Positions 61,401 to 64,000 of a DNA stretch of 64,000 nucleotides are shown one piece after another. The notes beneath the pieces were generated by a model that worked only from the letters and a program-made list of their open reading frames with translations, was not told the origin of the DNA and did no database searches. Location of the stretch: assembly GCA_009859145.1 (NCBI GenBank), contig VRVR01000019.1, forward strand, positions 31,073-95,072, written 5' to 3'. Every line of letters starts with the position of its first letter. Positions within the stretch are counted from its first letter, which is position 1. The translations under genes were made by a program, and so were the position numbers. Source of the stretch: Andalucia godoyi And28. Lineage: Eukaryota > Protista > Jakobida.

Positions 61401-64000
61401 TGTCTTTTGCCCAAAGCGACAAGCAAGTGAGTAAACGGGCTTGAACAATGCATTGGATCGCAGTTGCAACACAGACCGTGTCCTCGACAGGTAAGTGGAC
61501 GGAAATACAGACGCTGCACCAGCAGGCACTTCTGGAATAATATACAATTCGGTGGAGTTTGCAGAAGAGTCCCGTCCTCCCAGAGAAATTTCAATCAGAC
61601 ACCTTGAAGAAGAGGAGCAAGCCACTGCAGTTGGAACGAACAAGCAGCGCACCATTCTAGAAGACGTGAATGCAACTGAAAACGTCACGGACGGCAAGGA
61701 ACAAAACAAACTGTTCGACAAATCAAGAAAATGATCTCCGGTTACGATCAATGTTGTCGGAGAAGTAGAGGAAACAGCGGCAGGGAATACCGACTGGACG
61801 TGGAACAAAGCATGAAAATGTATGTCAACAGGATCGGAAGCAAACCGCAGATTGTGGTTCTGCGACAGGAAGACCGGGACAAATCCATGCACAATGCGAT
61901 GATCTGAGGGTGGTAAACAGTTGATTATATTCACCAGCAGATCTGCAGAAAGGCTTGGGCCGATCATCAGCGTGCTGGAAAACCCGGTCGATCCAAAAAC
62001 GCAACGCAAGTCCGAAAAGAACAGCGAACCAACAGAGAAACTCGTCGTCAAGTGCAGATCAAGAGTTCCAGAGAATTGACTCGACAAGTAACTAGGCTGG
62101 TTTGTAGATGAGAAATTTAGAGGTTTCATCACCGTAAAAGGAGCTTGTGGAATGTCAGAAAATGGAGACAATCGCAGAGATATTGAAGTCCCTTGAGGAG
62201 AGGCGTCGGGAAGCATCAGCGACGTGGAAATAACAGGAGAAAATCCACGAATCGAAATCCACGTTGCACCAAAGACAATCCAGGCATCCAAAAACGTCGA
62301 CGACAATACAATTCTTGACCCACCAGTCCATTCAGAAAAATCAGGAACCAAGGATATTTGTGGAGGGGAATCCAGCAATTGCAGGAGCGCGAGGGAGCTT
62401 GTGGTTCTACGCGCATCAGCTGAAATTGTTCTGAGAAGCACAGCAGAAGTCCCAATGGGATGCTCGACGACGGAAAACGGCACAAGGCCCCAATCTCCAC
62501 AAACAACCAGAGCAGAAGAAAGGAACTGAACACTACCTGTAGCCCACGCGCTTATGAAAGAAGACGGAGACGAAAGAGCACAAACCGCGGAAATAACGTG
62601 CAGGTCTCGGCCTCGAACATAGAAAAACTGGCCATTGAGCTTTGAAAGAGTTTCTACAAAAACGAAATCAGGAAAAGTGGATTCCACTCGAGCTTCCACA
62701 ATAGAACTTCGGAAGACAGCGAGCGTAAAGACGTTACTGTCGTGTACCAACTTCAGAGGTGCGGCAAACGAGGGAGAGATTGTCGAAACGTCACAGTATA
62801 CCACCGAGTGGCTTACGTGCCAAAAAGCAGAAACAAGAACTGAGTCAATATCACAGAAGAATGAAAACCTACCAAATATGCTAGCGAATGGAAACAAGTT
62901 TAGATCATGCAACACTCCAGAAGCATCAGCAGCTGTCACTGCAGAGGAGTTGAATGCAGGAAACATGTCGATCACCGAATCCAGGAATGGTGGAAGCGCC
63001 AAAATGGTCAGGAAGTCGATATGCTTCAATCGAGGTGCAAGGCAAAAGGAAGTCTCAATGCTGCCATCTCCAATTCGAGACTTTGGTGTCTCCAAAACGG
63101 TCCTTGTCTTTCCACCGAAAACACAGCGCAAGGTGTTGCGCAGAAACGATGGAAATACAATGTAAACGGATGAACCTCCGGAGTCCAGCAATAATTGTGA
63201 CGGCTTTGCAATTTGAGGTGTGACGTCACTCCTGAAGACGAGTAAAGTTGCATTGTTGTGCATTGACGTACATACTCCGTCCTGGATACAGATACTCAAT
63301 GAGACCACATAGGGGACCTCATGCCCTCGGTCGCTCGCAGGAAAGCGGCACAAAACAGAGGACGAAGAAACGAACAACGACGAAGTCGGTGGGAAATGAT
63401 TCAATGCCTCAGAAAACCAGTGGCATGATCGCTGAGGTTGGTCAGCGATCATGAAATTGCTTCCGATTACCGTCACTACTGCTTCGGATTTCCCAAGAAC
63501 AACAGAATTCATAACAGAATACAGCATCGGCTGCGAGGCTAGATAGAATGATTGCAGCCCAGAAGAAAACTCAAATTCAAAACCATCCATTGACAAGTAG
63601 ATCGCAGAAAAGCCAGAATCTAACGAAGATAATGGGATACTAACCACTCTTGACCAATCATCTGTTGTGGTTTGGGCTTCGACAAAATCAAAATGAAATC
63701 TTCCAACAGCAATAAACACAGTTCCCGATCGAAAACTCTGTGAGAAAGCATCAGAAGTACGGAGCACCAAACTCCTCTCCGAGGACACTGTAGCCGGAGT
63801 CTCGGTGCTCAGCTGAACAGACGAAACATTGGATAACGGAACGTAAAAGGAGACCAAAAAATGACTGCTCCAAAAACTCCGAACATCTGTGGAGAATTCC
63901 AGCAGCAAGATCCCGTCAAAATGGGTCGGAAACCCGGAGGAACAATTGAAAACAATCCTGCCTACCCGACAGCTTCCAGACACCTCCAAGCTTTCGCTGT
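55416..64000 (-). CDS. Giant IPT/TIG plus Cys-rich (GCC2_GCC3/ephrin-receptor-like) repeat multi-pass membrane protein, over 2860 aa, 5'-truncated by the window edge
   Basis: The frame is open to the window end. IPT-like repeats (e.g. ALVPSSGSTAGGTVVFVQGSGF) are followed by many CP.G.YC repeats (~59200-60850), the segment YLPYASRCDTFD...C.Y...C.YEE, and about 9-11 hydrophobic helices near the C-terminus. Confidence 0.82.
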   Translation of the reverse strand, partial: SESLEVSGSCRVGRIVFNCSSGFPTHFDGILLLEFSTDVRSFWSSHFLVSFYVPLSNVSSVQLSTETPATVSSERSLVLRTSDAFSQSFRSGTVFIAVGRFHFDFVEAQTTTDDWSRVVSIPLSSLDSGFSAIYLSMDGFEFEFSSGLQSFYLASQPMLYSVMNSVVLGKSEAVVTVIGSNFMIADQPQRSCHWFSEALNHFPPTSSLFVSSSSVLCRFPASDRGHEVPYVVSLSICIQDGVCTSMHNNATLLVFRSDVTPQIAKPSQLLLDSGGSSVYIVFPSFLRNTLRCVFGGKTRTVLETPKSRIGDGSIETSFCLAPRLKHIDFLTILALPPFLDSVIDMFPAFNSSAVTAADASGVLHDLNLFPFASIFGRFSFFCDIDSVLVSAFWHVSHSVVYCDVSTISPSFAAPLKLVHDSNVFTLAVFRSSIVEARVESTFPDFVFVETLSKLNGQFFYVRGRDLHVISAVCALSSPSSFISAWATGSVQFLSSALVVCGDWGLVPFSVVEHPIGTSAVLLRTISADARRTTSSLALLQLLDSPPQISLVPDFSEWTGGSRIVLSSTFLDAWIVFGATWISIRGFSPVISTSLMLPDASPQGTSISLRLSPFSDIPQAPFTVMKPLNFSSTNQPSYLSSQFSGTLDLHLTTSFSVGSLFFSDLRCVFGSTGFSSTLMIGPSLSADLLVNIINCLPPSDHRIVHGFVPVFLSQNHNLRFASDPVDIHFHALFHVQSVFPAAVSSTSPTTLIVTGDHFLDLSNSLFCSLPSVTFSVAFTSSRMVRCLFVPTAVACSSSSRCLIEISLGGRDSSANSTELYIIPEVPAGAASVFPSTYLSRTRSVLQLRSNALFKPVYSLACRFGQKTFVRISYINSSFALCGVPGRASLTANVDFVRMQITQAPFHFSDVSVSFSAYSSSAERSLYPPSHLRIRDGVQILALVPSSGSTAGGTVVFVQGSGFSGIHTRVLCRFGTLFSSRPAKILSDTMLVCVSPPVFAQAHMQHDTNEYMRIDSRQLWSTRHVVLSLVSSEGVPLVNSTRISGRNFHYFPCPPGMYCISELALPVPIGTFSNSASRSNFSLCVPGTYQDILGQLDCFPCPVGRICPFSGMRTPLLCPAGRVCNVTGLVISRGLCPPGHYCPLGTISYSPNTTIPNRPIPCGAGVYCSEGTRQEQPSIDGDFGTSQPCFGGFVCLPTASDPRGSYACPPGFYCAPEVQIDGRLATLPKPCPPGSFCNGTANVNATQCKPGTYADGYGSILCKQCPFGFLCQGFGTRKPDLCPAGFVCVTRGLSAPMDLCPAGFYCGRGIATDTPLGDGFPDDGIRRPKKCDAGTYCLAGVKSKEVRVAQIGYPQHCLAGTYCLEGTPTMVGIECTPGFYCPPASSQPVSTIPGFIAPGYRSVRPIPCQPGTYAPNSSMYDCISCPVGRTCPFQATAVPVVCPPGTFRNLSDGISCVSCPAGTWSEVEGLSGVSLCKECPEGRVCPMPGLAKLSSSNPCPEGFTCGSRVTLSLQRNNPCPATHSCSIQTYADSSESFTCPAGYVCPPGTSFSGRRRVPCVPGYYCPPGLTKAENDEYRCPRGTTSRMAARVYSDCQKDFEWLLSHGGYVDSINPIVLDSATKAKAEVFGFSFVEAQVLRSASSGGVRSAGAQSTSFSIIKFPTLGYMRLTFSLGNLTDFVLNDDYRISIFAGETEADILPSDADGDGELDTFPERLADDEYLLAAGQEFDASFPFVVYYFAQRPMYLRVSIELMYGVLSGFKDSFLGVSTASFIAPSRGVLGSTASFFAILPRFDDISLLLNPPPAEDALGQTGIVPISKAHQQVLIRNEDDLRVQPDDFWVERQPALLVPYLPYASRCDTFDSLAPFSALFESEEYCSLVPAGQTVPVNEFNPFGGSPYGDSCSYSISCYYEENIAGTAQAPRWYEIEAQSDPLFYITTDPIDAATTSSGGGSYVSQLLGTQFIPVLVEGPPGVVGGTPSSVTFEVGYYQMAPNVKRIVLAQYVYSFSSAPESYVFGNASSETISIGNVTEGGSSSTSSQPQVILPFTISFRSLTYFELLNLFAFSLPLYLVLYFVIAFFAILVTFSFWIVHRVFTKLKHPPGLRFFACVSLMAPPPFIGSFLVLAPSFAVLAIAWSILNAGVFDSVPADWNAAAAADEETLLKYRAGRFGLCNLVVGVFMCLKGVNLFVLDRGDNNPRLLKPDDEELWYPLFWKRSHMLFIGFINVLFLVVLLEFSYSKTFAENIYVFVIVLKVVGMLHEKLMMDVLYEALFVVPYGIALLLTQFTMTLGASTFTDFVIGFFIDLILAILQRLYFDPALGKFLAQIPGYIGLIKRFFKNLLKRMKRKSQSTRQANNNSMLSNADADGDGATDDSSSARLSDDDDEDVEDAFNLKEELHLISAMVESMVVYSIDDCALIFSPIFITYLFVFRKETLISELYGIRDQDFVFYVVFTLVIMFAQMVMDVFLDNIMELFYGWKTFEYIKFTRDRYNRRQTDWRGMDDQMNEALPAEIRSIDHLCFSPQYFFQCGLFAAGLIYTVFSVEIMFRQEYVMFDDPLFAILVPLLLVSCGGVASVLMWLREKLGIWKVRSDIDALERLRTGSEGADAEEAAYRRQLGSEFEATRWAVDDALLMAPTGADGSLSERMMNDETREEFLRVNRPWIVERIAMFLADQESLDASPTDVALSVVDMLSKETDFQSLSKLTDFPAAPKAPSQADFSLSEPVLLQPPSTKTAAAATGTKGRLSMADRASAAASTPIPTPILATLDDDDGDGDDVLEETDGAAVLAAQNLSAATLALAQEWISLMRLKQRAHAHAHAHAHAHAHAHAHAHAHAHAHAHGRMTGSKRVISGKTDTDWT
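55477..55560. repeat. (TGTGCG)14 hexanucleotide repeat encoding (Ala-His)14
   Basis: Perfect tandem repeat, in frame near the C-terminus of the giant membrane protein. Confidence 0.95.

Overview
This is an intron-poor, gene-dense window from a eukaryotic nuclear genome. The markers are cytosolic RPS18, RIO1 kinase, a mitochondrial carrier, MPDU1 and an axonemal dynein LC4-like EF-hand protein, so the organism is probably a flagellated protist (inference; species cannot be determined here). Bases ~1-11,600 form a decayed accessory zone. It holds a Cys-His-Asp (transglutaminase/NAT-fold) ORF, a frameshifted bacterial-type ParA pseudogene bracketed by two related foldback repeats, and a 5'-truncated ycf45-like ATPase ending at a perfect 24-bp CACTA-type inverted repeat. 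It also holds a GH18-like scrap and orphan ORFs. From 11,639 onward the genes are intact. The most unusual is a 3,817-aa single-chain microbial/fungal-type fatty acid synthase (AT-ER-DH-MPT-ACP-KR-KS) carrying its phosphopantetheinyl transferase at the N-terminus. Next is a 1,540-aa type II membrane protein resembling a phage tail fibre, with a C-terminal peptidase-S74 self-cleaving chaperone. Two giant IPT/TIG surface proteins follow: a secreted DUF2341-LamG-IPT protein and a Cys-rich multi-pass protein cut by the window edge. I also reconstruct a spliced six-IQ-motif coiled-coil gene whose N-terminal ~220 aa are missing from the ORF track, and find telo-box motifs upstream of RPS18. All family calls come from motifs recognised by eye; no database searches were run.
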